Origin: Nitrososphaerota archaeon
Lineage (GTDB): Archaea; Thermoproteota; Nitrososphaeria; PSMU01
Direction: 5' to 3'
DNA length: 53,144 bases
Assembly: GCA_040290255.1 (NCBI GenBank)
Contig: PSMU01000007.1
Coordinates: 1 to 53,144 of the forward strand
This document shows positions 1-8,561 of the stretch, in pieces. Each line of letters opens with the position of its first letter. The stretch's first letter is position 1. A model generated the notes under the pieces. It was not told where the DNA came from and searched no databases. It was given only the letters and a program-made list of their open reading frames with translations. The position numbers and the translations under genes are program-made.

Positions 1-202
1 CCACCGGCAGGAGGCCCGAGCTATATGTAAGGCAGGCGACGAGCGACGGCAATGTCTTCCGCGGGCATGGCATAGAGACCTGCCATTATGGCCCGGCACC
101 TTCGAGGGAATTCACGGATATAACGAGTCCGTCAGCGTAAAGGATGTGGTGGCGGCCAAGGCCTACCTGCTGGCCATCTTCGAGTACTTTGGCCTGCCTT
201 GA
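1..202 (+). CDS. 3' end of an M20 (ArgE/DapE-like) metallopeptidase with an apparent 1-nt frameshift near 92-95
   Basis: Frame from nt 3 reads TGRRPELYVRQATSDGNVFRGHGIETCHYGP. Adding one C to the C-run at 92-94 continues it as GTFEGIHGYNESVSVKDVVAAKAY...TGA(200-202), matching the M20 C-terminal pattern SD...GPG...H..NE. Confidence 0.7.
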   Translation, partial: HRQEARAICKAGDERRQCLPRAWHRDLPLWPGTFEGIHGYNESVSVKDVVAAKAYLLAIFEYFGLP

Positions 203-219
203 GCCTGCCCGCTCACGGG

Positions 220-1161
220 CTAAGGAAGGCCCCTGTAGGAGGTGCTGCCCCTCCTCGCCGCCTCCAGCTCCCTGTCCAGCTCCGTGAAGAGGCCAAGCCC
301 ATGAAGGGCTTCGTTGGCCTCCTCCAGCGAGCGGGCCTCCCTCACCGCCTGCGCTAGGGGGCAGAGCTCATAGGCCTTTAGCGGGTCAAGGTAGAACGTA
401 ATGCTGGAGATGATGGAGACCTCCGCCCTTCTCGTGCCATCCCTGATGAGCCTGGTGCCCCTGAAGCCCTTCGCGGCCTCTATGGGCAGCCGGCTCGCCT
501 CCGTGACCAGCCCCTGGCTCAGCCTCTCCATCAGCGCCACGTCCTGTGGGGCCATGCCGAGGGCGCCCAGGTATCCTCCTTTGCCCGCTACTTCCGAGAG
601 CCTTGCCTCCACCACCTCCCTGGGCAGCTCGCCATCACAGGCCATCCCGAAGATGCCCAGCAGCGAGTTAGGCACCAGGCAAAGCGCGGAGAGCATCAAG
701 GCATCGGTGAGCGGGGACCTTACCTCCCTATCCTGCGGCCGAGCGAGCACATCGCCGCCCACATCGATCCCGATCAGCAGGTCGACGCCCAGCCTCTCCA
801 TGGCCTCCCTCAGCCCCCGGGCCGTCTCCCTGGGGCCGGCCGTTATATCGACCACCGCCACCTTCTCCCCCAAGGCTCCGGCCACGACCGAGGCCTGAGG
901 AACGGGCCCATCTAGGAGCCTAGAGGTGGGGCCCACGAGGGCCAGCGAGCGCGAGACCTTCTCCGCCTCCGCCACCTCCTCGAGCCTGCGGGGGCCGGGC
1001 TTGGGGTCCAGCACCATCCTCTCCCACAGCACCGAGCCGATCCTGGCCCTGAGGCCCAGCGTAAGCAGCGCATTTCTCGTGGGTATTGTGCCCAGCACGT
1101 CGCCGGCGCCTCCTATGCCTATGACGAGGGCTTCCCTGAAGCGCTTGAGCAGCCCCAGCAT
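220..1161 (-). CDS. DUF1152 family protein
   Basis: Motifs GIGGAGD, GIDVGGD, SPLTD, G.ACDGE and TEAS are typical of DUF1152. Confidence 0.8.
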   Translation of the reverse strand: MLGLLKRFREALVIGIGGAGDVLGTIPTRNALLTLGLRARIGSVLWERMVLDPKPGPRRLEEVAEAEKVSRSLALVGPTSRLLDGPVPQASVVAGALGEKVAVVDITAGPRETARGLREAMERLGVDLLIGIDVGGDVLARPQDREVRSPLTDALMLSALCLVPNSLLGIFGMACDGELPREVVEARLSEVAGKGGYLGALGMAPQDVALMERLSQGLVTEASRLPIEAAKGFRGTRLIRDGTRRAEVSIISSITFYLDPLKAYELCPLAQAVREARSLEEANEALHGLGLFTELDRELEAARRGSTSYRGLP

Positions 1162-1237
1162 GGCCGGGGCCTGGGCTCGCGCCCCTTCTTAGGCTTGTTC
1201 CTCACGCCACTTAACCCCTCCTTCGATCATGGCGAGG

Positions 1238-2263
1238 CTATGGCAAGCCCCCCGCCATGCCCTGGTCAGCGGTCTCTATAGCGCGCCGCGCTTTTTTTGG
1301 CCTGCCGTATACGGCCAGCAGGGCCCCCAGGAGCTCCGGGGCCAGGTCGAGCCCTCTCAGCTCCTCCTGCTCCGCCGCGCCGGCGGCCAGTCGGGCCAGG
1401 AGCGAGGTCAGGTGGTCGGGGCCCCGCGGCGGCAGCCTGCTCAGCAGCACCTCCAAGGCCCGTGCGGCCGGCGGTTGTGCGCGCAGCTTAGCAAAAGGCC
1501 TCGGCAGCCTGACCTCCTCATCATTCGCTTCCTGCCTGTAGAGGCCAAGCGCCCCTATGCGCCCTCTCTTCAGCCTTAGGACGGCCACATCGTAGAGGGC
1601 CTGGGCCAGCGAATCCATTTCCTGCCCCCTCACCAGCCTTAGCCTGCGAAGGCCGGGCAGCAGGGCCTCGCGTAGCCGTGATGTGGGCAAGGGAAGCAGG
1701 TATACGCGGCGCGGGGCCAGCGCCAGCGCTAGGCGGCCCAGCCTCCTCAGCAGCGAGGCCTCCGCTCCTCGGCGCGTTATGTGAGTGCCCTCGAGCACCA
1801 AGAGGAGCCTTCCCGTGCGCTGCGCCACGAGCATTAGAGGCATCGCCTCCTGGCCCAGCAGCGCCGCCAGCCGCGGGGAGGCCGGCCTCACCTCCGCCAC
1901 CAGCGCCCAACGGATGCCGAACCTCCTCAGGAGCAGGGAGCACCTCTCATCGCCCCGCAGCGTGAACCCGCGCCCCGCTGAGCCGAAGAGCAGGTGGAGG
2001 AGCAAAAGGGCCAGCAGGAGCAGCAGGCCTCCCTTGATCGCCCCGCGGTAGAGCGAGAATACCGCCAGCGCCAGCAGGAGCGGGCGCCAGGCCCGGGCTC
2101 CTAGGCCGGCGAGCCCTTTCAGCAAGGCGCCCAAGAGCAGGAGGGCCCTCAACCCCCAGGGATGGCTCGCGTAGAGCAGCAGGGGCACGGCCAGGAGCCA
2201 GGCCCCATGGGCCAGGGCCCAGAGCGCCAAGAGGAGCGTAAGAAGCCTGAGCAGGAGGCCCAT
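1238..2263 (-). CDS. Hypothetical membrane protein: several N-terminal TM helices plus a soluble C-terminal domain
   Basis: 341 aa ORF with a very hydrophobic first ~95 aa. Its start overlaps the upstream stop (TGATG), implying translational coupling. Confidence 0.6.
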   Translation of the reverse strand: MGLLLRLLTLLLALWALAHGAWLLAVPLLLYASHPWGLRALLLLGALLKGLAGLGARAWRPLLLALAVFSLYRGAIKGGLLLLLALLLLHLLFGSAGRGFTLRGDERCSLLLRRFGIRWALVAEVRPASPRLAALLGQEAMPLMLVAQRTGRLLLVLEGTHITRRGAEASLLRRLGRLALALAPRRVYLLPLPTSRLREALLPGLRRLRLVRGQEMDSLAQALYDVAVLRLKRGRIGALGLYRQEANDEEVRLPRPFAKLRAQPPAARALEVLLSRLPPRGPDHLTSLLARLAAGAAEQEELRGLDLAPELLGALLAVYGRPKKARRAIETADQGMAGGLP

Positions 2264-3267
2264 CAGACCACGCCGGCCTCCGTGATGCTCACATAGCCGA
2301 AGCGCGAATAGTCGCGGAGCGCCGGATGGCGGCAGACCCAGAGCAGGCGCGCGCCCTCGCCCTCTCGCGCCGAGTTCAGCGGCTCGGCCCCCTGCAGGCC
2401 GCGCAGGCCGGGCCTGCTCAGCTCGAAGACGAACTTGGCCTCATGGCCCAGCACGAGTCCCCCGTAGGGCCTCCTGTCGAAGGGCTGTGTGGGGTTTATC
2501 GAGGCATGGCTTATCGCGAGCACGGCCAGCCCCAACTCGCTGCAGAGCCTCTGCGCATGTGAGAGGGCCATCGCCATCGCCGCGCTGCGGGCCGGGAGGC
2601 TCTGCGTCGCCCCGAAGAGGCCCTTGAAGGGGGAGGAAAAGGAGTCGTAGATGAGCAGCTTCGCCCCCAGCTCCGAGGCGAGGCGGCGTAGCGGCGAGGC
2701 CGCCAAGGGCGCGCGCTTGAGCCTTATGTCCACCCTTCCTCCCCCCGTCACCTCGAGCGCGGCCTCCACGCCATGAAGGGCCAGCAGGTCCAGCACATCG
2801 GGCGCCTCCAGCAGCAGCATGCAGGGAGGCTTGGCTTCATGCCTCACGGTCAGCTCCTGGCACAGCGCATCCGCCGCCAGGCGAAGCTGCTCCTCGTGGT
2901 AGGAGATGCCGAGCCCGTTGAGCGCGCCGGCCAGCGCCGTGAGCAGCTGGCTCCTCGAGACCCTCCTGCGATGGGCCTTCGGCTCCCTCTCCAGCGCCGC
3001 CCTCTCAACGCATACCTCGCATGAGAACCTGGCGCTAAGCCTGCTCAGCCAGTAAGGGACGAGGCTGGAGGCATAGGACTGCTCGGTGTCCAAGATGATG
3101 GCCGAGTATCCCTGGGCCACGGCGGAGCAGGCGGCCTGGAGCGAGAGGATGCTCTTCCCGAGCCCCTTCTCGCCGAAGACCTGAGAGATGGTGCCCACGA
3201 CGAGCCCTCCCTCACAGGCGAGGTCGAGCGCCTCGCAGCCCGTCTTGAGCCTAGCGCTGAAGCCCAT
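2263..3267 (-). CDS. RadA/RadB-like RecA-family ATPase with an internal insertion
   Basis: LKTGC..LD...GG, Walker A GEKGLGKS, ILDTE, Walker B LLIYDS, C-terminal PYGGLVLGH. No N-terminal HhH domain. Confidence 0.8.
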   Translation of the reverse strand: MGFSARLKTGCEALDLACEGGLVVGTISQVFGEKGLGKSILSLQAACSAVAQGYSAIILDTEQSYASSLVPYWLSRLSARFSCEVCVERAALEREPKAHRRRVSRSQLLTALAGALNGLGISYHEEQLRLAADALCQELTVRHEAKPPCMLLLEAPDVLDLLALHGVEAALEVTGGGRVDIRLKRAPLAASPLRRLASELGAKLLIYDSFSSPFKGLFGATQSLPARSAAMAMALSHAQRLCSELGLAVLAISHASINPTQPFDRRPYGGLVLGHEAKFVFELSRPGLRGLQGAEPLNSAREGEGARLLWVCRHPALRDYSRFGYVSITEAGVV

Positions 3268-4465
3268 GGCCCTTGAGCCTTAGCAGCCCCTTCTGCGTGG
3301 GCACCAGCATCAGCACGCGCACGCCCCTCGCGGCCTCCCTCACCTGAAGCCCGATGAGCCCCTCCTGCATGAGCCTGTCCAGGGCCCGCTCGCAGCCTGC
3401 CCTGCCATGGCGGGGCGCGAAGTAGCTGACCAGGCCCGCCCTCGTCACCTGCCCCCTCTTGGCGACCTCTGCCAGGAGCTGCAGCTGCAGCTCCTCGTCC
3501 GGCGGCCCGGCTTCAGGGACCGCCGCGCTCAGCGGGCCCTTTGGCTCCGCCCAGGAGGGGTAAAAGGTCACGTGGGAGGAGAACTGCGCGTCCTCCAGCA
3601 CGGCCTCGCCCTCCAGCACGGCCTCTTCCCCGCGCCCGCGGCCCAGCCTATTCCAGGCCTCCGATGTATACACCTTCAGCCTGCAGAAGTGGCCAAGGCA
3701 CTCATCCAGCAGGAACCACAGCTCGGAGGCGAAGGCCAGGCCCAGCCCGAGCGATGAAAGCGCCTCGAGCAGCCTATCGGGCCTATGGGGGCCCGGCCCC
3801 CTGCCCGCGAAGAGGGCGTGGGAGGGGGTTATGAGGACGGCGGCGGAGGGCGAGGGGCTCACCTCGCCGATGGTGCGCGACAGCTTCGCGAGCAGCAGCC
3901 AGCCCCCGAGGGCCCTGGCCTCAAAGGGGCTCAGGGGGCTGAAGTCGAAGACGCAGTCCTGCTCGATCACATCCCTGAGCCGGCTCACGCCCAAGGCGTT
4001 CAGCGCGCTCAAGGAGGCGAGCCTGTCCCTGAGCTCTTCGCCCAGGACTCCTCCCCTGTCCAGCAGCATATCGCCGAGGGCGGCGGGGCTGAGGATGGGG
4101 CCCTGGGCCAGCGCCACCTCCGCCAGCGCCGCCAAGAGCCCCTCCTGGGCCGCGGTCAGCGAGAGGCACGAGGAGTAGCCCAGCACCACCAGCCTCGCGT
4201 GCTCCCTATCCCCCGGCTCCACCCTTTGGAGGTCATAGAGCACCTGCTGGCATTCTACCGTGGGCAGATGGCCCCGCAGCTGCCTTGCCAGGGCGCCCTC
4301 TAGGTCGAGCGCCAGCACCCTGAGGCCCGCCTCTTGACACGCCTTGGCCACCGAGCAGGCCAGGCGCGTGGCGCCCCTTCCGAGCAGCAGCAGGCCCGCC
4401 CGGAGGTCCGAGGGCTCAAGGCAGACCTCCTCGCCCGAGCATGTGTGGCCGAGCCTTATGCCCAT
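3251..4465 (-). CDS. HerA/DUF87/VirB4-like P-loop protein with degenerate Walker motifs and a C-terminal winged helix
   Basis: IRLGHT.SGEEV.L.P.DL, LLLLGRGAT (decayed Walker A), VLALDLEG, VFDFS, VLITPSHALF (decayed DEAH), GLGLAFASE; last ~75 aa wHTH-like. ATG 4465 lies ~25 nt from a TTAAA box. Confidence 0.6.
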   Translation of the reverse strand: MGIRLGHTCSGEEVCLEPSDLRAGLLLLGRGATRLACSVAKACQEAGLRVLALDLEGALARQLRGHLPTVECQQVLYDLQRVEPGDREHARLVVLGYSSCLSLTAAQEGLLAALAEVALAQGPILSPAALGDMLLDRGGVLGEELRDRLASLSALNALGVSRLRDVIEQDCVFDFSPLSPFEARALGGWLLLAKLSRTIGEVSPSPSAAVLITPSHALFAGRGPGPHRPDRLLEALSSLGLGLAFASELWFLLDECLGHFCRLKVYTSEAWNRLGRGRGEEAVLEGEAVLEDAQFSSHVTFYPSWAEPKGPLSAAVPEAGPPDEELQLQLLAEVAKRGQVTRAGLVSYFAPRHGRAGCERALDRLMQEGLIGLQVREAARGVRVLMLVPTQKGLLRLKGHGLQR

Positions 4466-4535
4466 GGGCCCCACGGGGCCCGTGCGGGTTTAAGGGCCGC
4501 CCTTGTCGGGCCCGAATACTCAACCTCGACAGGGC

Positions 4536-5045
4536 CTAGCCGCCGGCCTGACCGCGCCCCCTCTCCCGCCTCATCAGCCTCCAGCTGCCCAAGCCCGCGA
4601 GCGCGAACCATACCGCCGGCACCCAAGAAGGCGTCACGCCCCTGGCCACGCCCAGGACCGAGCCCGCGAAGAGCGCCCAAAGCATTAGCGAGATGCCCGC
4701 CCGCGCCCACCTTGGCCAGCCCCTCCGCCGCGAAACGATGGGGGCCCTGCCCAGGCCCGCCACCAGCTTGCCGCCCTCCTCCAAGTATGCGACGAACGCC
4801 TGGCCCAGCTCGGTGGCCGTATACAGCCTCCTCCTGGGGTTCTTGGGGTCCTCCATCGCCTTGATCAGGCCCAGGGCGAGCAGGGGCTCTATGACATCGC
4901 GCTGCACGTTGGGCAGGTTGTGGGACTCCAGCGCCTGTGCCAGCTCGCTGAGGCCCATCCTCCTCCCGCTCAGCTCCCTGAGCGCGCGCCTCCTCCTCTG
5001 GCTGGCCAGCGCGCGCAGCACCTCGCCATAGTAGTCCTCGGCCAC
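4536..5045 (-). CDS. ArsR-like winged-helix regulator with two C-terminal TM helices
   Basis: VLRALAS.RRR..L..L, LSELA, L...GLI, RRLY.AT..G, then two hydrophobic segments. GTG 5045 chosen from TATA spacing. Confidence 0.7.
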   Translation of the reverse strand: MAEDYYGEVLRALASQRRRRALRELSGRRMGLSELAQALESHNLPNVQRDVIEPLLALGLIKAMEDPKNPRRRLYTATELGQAFVAYLEEGGKLVAGLGRAPIVSRRRGWPRWARAGISLMLWALFAGSVLGVARGVTPSWVPAVWFALAGLGSWRLMRRERGRGQAGG

Positions 5046-5173
5046 CGGCTTCCTTATGGCGCCGCTCTTTTTAGCCTCTTTACGCAAGGGCCCCAAGGCC
5101 CTGCATCTGCTGAGGGGCGCCCTGCAGGTCCCCGGCCCAAGAAGGCTATTAAACATGACCAGGAGGACCCGCC

Positions 5174-6679
5174 GTGAAGCTCTACATCAACTGCACCGTC
5201 TACGCGAGCTTCAGGCCGCTCAGGAGATGCCGGGGGCTCTTGGTCGAGGGGCCCTATGTAAGGGACCTTGTGGGCCCATCGGATGCCCAACGGCCCCCAG
5301 TGCTTCATGGGCTGGAGGTGATAGACCTGGGCGGGCGCGTGGTCATGCCGGGCTTCATCGACGCCCATGCGCACCTAGATGGCGTGGGGACGGCGCTCAG
5401 CTGCCTGAACCTCAGGGGCTTGACCTCCATCCAGGAGCTGGGCGAGGCGCTCGCCGCGCATAAGGGCCTGAGCGGCGGCTGGATCCTGGGCGTCGGCTGG
5501 GACCATGAAAAGTTCAGGGAGCGCCGGATGCCCACCAGGTGGGACTTAGATGGATATGTGGCCGAGAAGCCCGTCCTGCTGGTCAGGGTCGATGGGCACT
5601 CAGGGGTCGTCAACACGAGGGCTCTGGAGCTGCTGGCCCTGGAGCGCCTTGAAGAAGGGGTGGAAAGGGATCCTGGGGGCTCGCCGACGGGGGTCATAAA
5701 GGAGCGCGCGCTCGACTTCGCCAGGGAGAGGGCGCTGGAGGATAGGACGCTGGAGGAGGAGAAGGAGGTCCTCCTCAAGGCGCAGGCCGAGTTTCTAAGG
5801 CATGGCGTCACAGGCATAGGGTTCGTGAGCTGCGGGCCCAGGTCGCTGGAGGCGCTCAGGGCCCTGAGGAGGGAGGGCAGGCTTAAGCTGAGGATCTCCG
5901 CCTATCTCACGCCACAGGCCTTCGATGCCCTCGGCATGGCCGATGATGATGAGCTGTTGAGCGTGAAGGGCGTGAAGCTCTTCGCCGACGGCTCCTTCGG
6001 CTCTCGGACCGCCCTGCTCTCCTCCCCCTATGCCGATGACCCCGGCAACTTTGGCCTCGGCGTGAGCTCCAAGGAGGAACTCATCGAGTACTGCCTAAGG
6101 GCCAGGGCCAAGGGCCTTCAGGCGGCCATTCACGCGATAGGCGATAGGGCGCTCGACGTAGTGCTCGAGGTCTATGAAAGGTGCGGGGCCAGGGGCCAGA
6201 GGATAGAGCATGCGTCGCTGATAAGGGATGATCAGTATGAAAGGATAAGGCGCGTGGGGGCCCTGCTCGTCGTGCAGCCCCACTTCACGGTGAGCGACTT
6301 CTGGATGGAGCGGCGCCTGGGCCCCGAGAGGGCGAGAAGCGTCTACCCGTTCGCGAGGATCCTGCGCGAGGGCCTGGAGCAGGCCTTCTCAACCGATGCT
6401 CCAGTGGAGCCCATCGACCCATGGGAGACGGTACATGCCGCGCTCAAGAGGGGGGCCCTCGCGGAGCTGACGGCCGACCAAGGGCTTTCTCTGAACGAGG
6501 CGCTATACCTGTACACGGAGGCCGCCGCCAAGGCCATAGGAAGGCAGGACCTCGGCTCCCTGCTGCCGGGCAAGAGGGCCGACTTCATAGTCCTGGATAG
6601 GGACCCCTTTGAGGGCGAGCTGAGGGGAATCAAGGCGCTCAAGGCCTATGTGGGCGGCGAGGCGGTGCACGAGCTCTAG
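5174..6679 (+). CDS. Amidohydrolase, YtcJ-like (amidohydrolase 3)
   Basis: PGFIDAHAH, KLFADGSFGSRTA, HAIGD, RIEHAS, GKRADF motifs. Confidence 0.9.
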   Translation: MKLYINCTVYASFRPLRRCRGLLVEGPYVRDLVGPSDAQRPPVLHGLEVIDLGGRVVMPGFIDAHAHLDGVGTALSCLNLRGLTSIQELGEALAAHKGLSGGWILGVGWDHEKFRERRMPTRWDLDGYVAEKPVLLVRVDGHSGVVNTRALELLALERLEEGVERDPGGSPTGVIKERALDFARERALEDRTLEEEKEVLLKAQAEFLRHGVTGIGFVSCGPRSLEALRALRREGRLKLRISAYLTPQAFDALGMADDDELLSVKGVKLFADGSFGSRTALLSSPYADDPGNFGLGVSSKEELIEYCLRARAKGLQAAIHAIGDRALDVVLEVYERCGARGQRIEHASLIRDDQYERIRRVGALLVVQPHFTVSDFWMERRLGPERARSVYPFARILREGLEQAFSTDAPVEPIDPWETVHAALKRGALAELTADQGLSLNEALYLYTEAAAKAIGRQDLGSLLPGKRADFIVLDRDPFEGELRGIKALKAYVGGEAVHEL

Positions 6680-6730
6680 GCTTCATAGCCCGCGGGAGTT
6701 AAGCTAAAATGCCGGCGTGCGCCAAAACCT

Positions 6731-6792
6731 GGCGGTGATGAGACTAACCTGCGCCGATCGCCGAGATGAGGAGATGCATCACCGCTGAAGGG
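6731..6792 (+). ncRNA. Candidate C/D-box sRNA 1
   Basis: C GTGATGA 6735-41, 12-nt guide, D' CCGA 6754-57, C' ATGAGGA 6766-72, 12-nt guide, D CTGA 6785-88; intergenic with an AT-rich box at ~6699-6710. Confidence 0.6.
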
Positions 6793-6852
6793 CCTCGCCG
6801 GCCCTCCTTGCCTTATGGCCTTAACGTATATACGCCGCGGGCCATGAGCGCC

Positions 6853-6909
6853 GGGGGATGAGGAGGGTAAAAAGCGCTGAGCCGTGATGGGCCCTGCCGC
6901 CCGACCCCC
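6853..6909 (+). ncRNA. Candidate C/D-box sRNA 2
   Basis: GGGGG, C ATGAGGA 6858-64, guide GGGTAAAAAGCG, D' CTGA 6877-80, C' GTGATGG 6884-90, guide GCCCTGCCGC, D CCGA 6901-04, CCCCC terminal stem; TATATA ~25 nt upstream. Confidence 0.7.
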
Positions 6910-7044
6910 TCTGGAGCCATGGCCCGAGCTGGCCGAGCTGGGATCTTTCTCGCACGGAGCGTCGGGAAAGGATAAATAACAAAGCGGGCATTTTATGCCG
7001 AATGAAGGGAGGGGGGCCGCGGCCCAGGGGGCCCGGGAGAGGCC

Positions 7045-8517
7045 ATGCCAGCCAGGAGGGGAGAGGACTACCTTAGGAGCATAAGGGAGAGGCAGCCCGT
7101 GGTATACTACCAGGGCGAGAGGGTCAGCGATGTCACTTCACACAAGGCCTTCTGCACGGCCGTGAGCACGCTGGCCCGCATGTATGACCTGCAGTGGGAC
7201 CCTCGCTATCATGAACGGCTCACCTTTAGGTCGCCCGATACGGGCGAGCCGGTGGGCATAACCTACATGATACCCCGCAGCAAGGAGGACCTGGCCAGGA
7301 TCAGGAGGGCCCTTATGCTCATTTATGAGCACCTGTTCGGCTTCTTCGGCAGGTGCTACGACTACCTCAACATGTGGACGGCCATCTTCGCCGCCCATGC
7401 CTGGGACTTCTTCGGCGAGCAGGAGCCGCGCTTCGGCGAGAACGTGGTGAAGTATCACAGGAGGTGCAGGGAGCAGGACCTCTTCCTCACGCATGCAATC
7501 GTGGCTCCGTCCGTGGACAGGTCCAAGCTCGCTTCGGAGCTCCGGGACCCCTTCGTCCAGGTGGGCTGCGTCGAGGAGGGGCCCGAGGGGATCGTGGTGA
7601 GGGGGGCCGCGATGGTCTCGACGGCCGCGCCCTATGCCGAAGAGCTCATCTACTTCCCCAACATGCTCAGGGACCCGGACCCTAGGTATGCGCTCGCCTT
7701 TGCCTGCCCCACCAACCTGAGGGGCATAAAGTTCATCGCCAGAAGGGCCTTCACGCCGCGCGAGGGCTTCACCGAGTTCGAGTACCCCATCAGCTCCCGC
7801 TATGAGGAGAGCGACGCCTTCGTGATCTTCGATGATGCGCTCATCCCGTGGGAGAACGTCTTCCTCTATCGCCGGCCCGATAAGATCCCCAAGCTCATGT
7901 GGGGCGGCGTCTACATGAAGGCCTGGTTCAACTACCACTTCTGCATACAGTACTACGCCAGGCTCAAGTTCCTCACGGGCCTTGCCGCGCTCATCGCTAA
8001 GGCGGTGGGCATCGATAAGTTCATCAACGTCCAAGAGAAGATAGGCGAGCTGCTGATCTATCTAAACCTCACCGAGGCCTCGGTCGTGGCCGCCGAGGAG
8101 CTGGGCGAGCAGCTGCCCAACGGGCTCTTCAGGCCCAACCCCCAGATCAGCGTCTCCGGCAGTCACTTTAACATGAAGGCGATGCCCAGGGCCTTCGAAA
8201 TAATAAAGCTGCTGGCCGCGGGCTCGCTCATAGCGCTCCCGTCCTCGGCCAAGGACTTTAAGAACCCGGAGCTGAGGCCCTACCTGGAGAAGTACTTCGC
8301 CGGCTCGGCCCTCTCCGCCGTGGAGAGGGTGAAGCTCTTCAACCTGGCCTGGGATGCGGTGGCCAGCGAGCTGGGCCAGCGGTATGAGCTGTACGATAGG
8401 TTCAGCAGGGGGGACCCCACGATAATGTGGGCGAAGATGTACGAGCAGTTCGACGAGCAGAGGGAGGAGTGCATCAGGCTGGCCAAGAGCTTCCTGGACG
8501 CCATCCCCAACCCATAG
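7045..8517 (+). CDS. hpaB: 4-hydroxyphenylacetate 3-monooxygenase family oxygenase component, copy 1
   Basis: G..YL.S.R...VY..GE.V.DV..H.AF, THAI..P.VDR, E.DA..IFD...IPWE.VF, R.KLF.LAWD...SE.G.R..LY. Confidence 0.9.
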   Translation: MPARRGEDYLRSIRERQPVVYYQGERVSDVTSHKAFCTAVSTLARMYDLQWDPRYHERLTFRSPDTGEPVGITYMIPRSKEDLARIRRALMLIYEHLFGFFGRCYDYLNMWTAIFAAHAWDFFGEQEPRFGENVVKYHRRCREQDLFLTHAIVAPSVDRSKLASELRDPFVQVGCVEEGPEGIVVRGAAMVSTAAPYAEELIYFPNMLRDPDPRYALAFACPTNLRGIKFIARRAFTPREGFTEFEYPISSRYEESDAFVIFDDALIPWENVFLYRRPDKIPKLMWGGVYMKAWFNYHFCIQYYARLKFLTGLAALIAKAVGIDKFINVQEKIGELLIYLNLTEASVVAAEELGEQLPNGLFRPNPQISVSGSHFNMKAMPRAFEIIKLLAAGSLIALPSSAKDFKNPELRPYLEKYFAGSALSAVERVKLFNLAWDAVASELGQRYELYDRFSRGDPTIMWAKMYEQFDEQREECIRLAKSFLDAIPNP

Positions 8518-8561
8518 GCCGCGGCCGGCAAGCGTTAATATAAGGGCCCACGAGCCATGTC

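Noticed and set aside
4456-4710. 84-aa ORF bridging the wHTH gene and the pseudo-HerA gene
   Set aside because: Overlaps the wHTH gene out of frame and spans the promoter; low complexity.
6731-6800. Resemblance to fluoride, glycine or TPP riboswitches
   Set aside because: Required pseudoknot and core motifs are incomplete; the C/D box arrangement fits better.
6910-6918. TCTGGAGCC is complementary to a tRNA-Trp anticodon arm
   Set aside because: Lies outside the C/D core with no properly placed D box; 9 nt is within chance.
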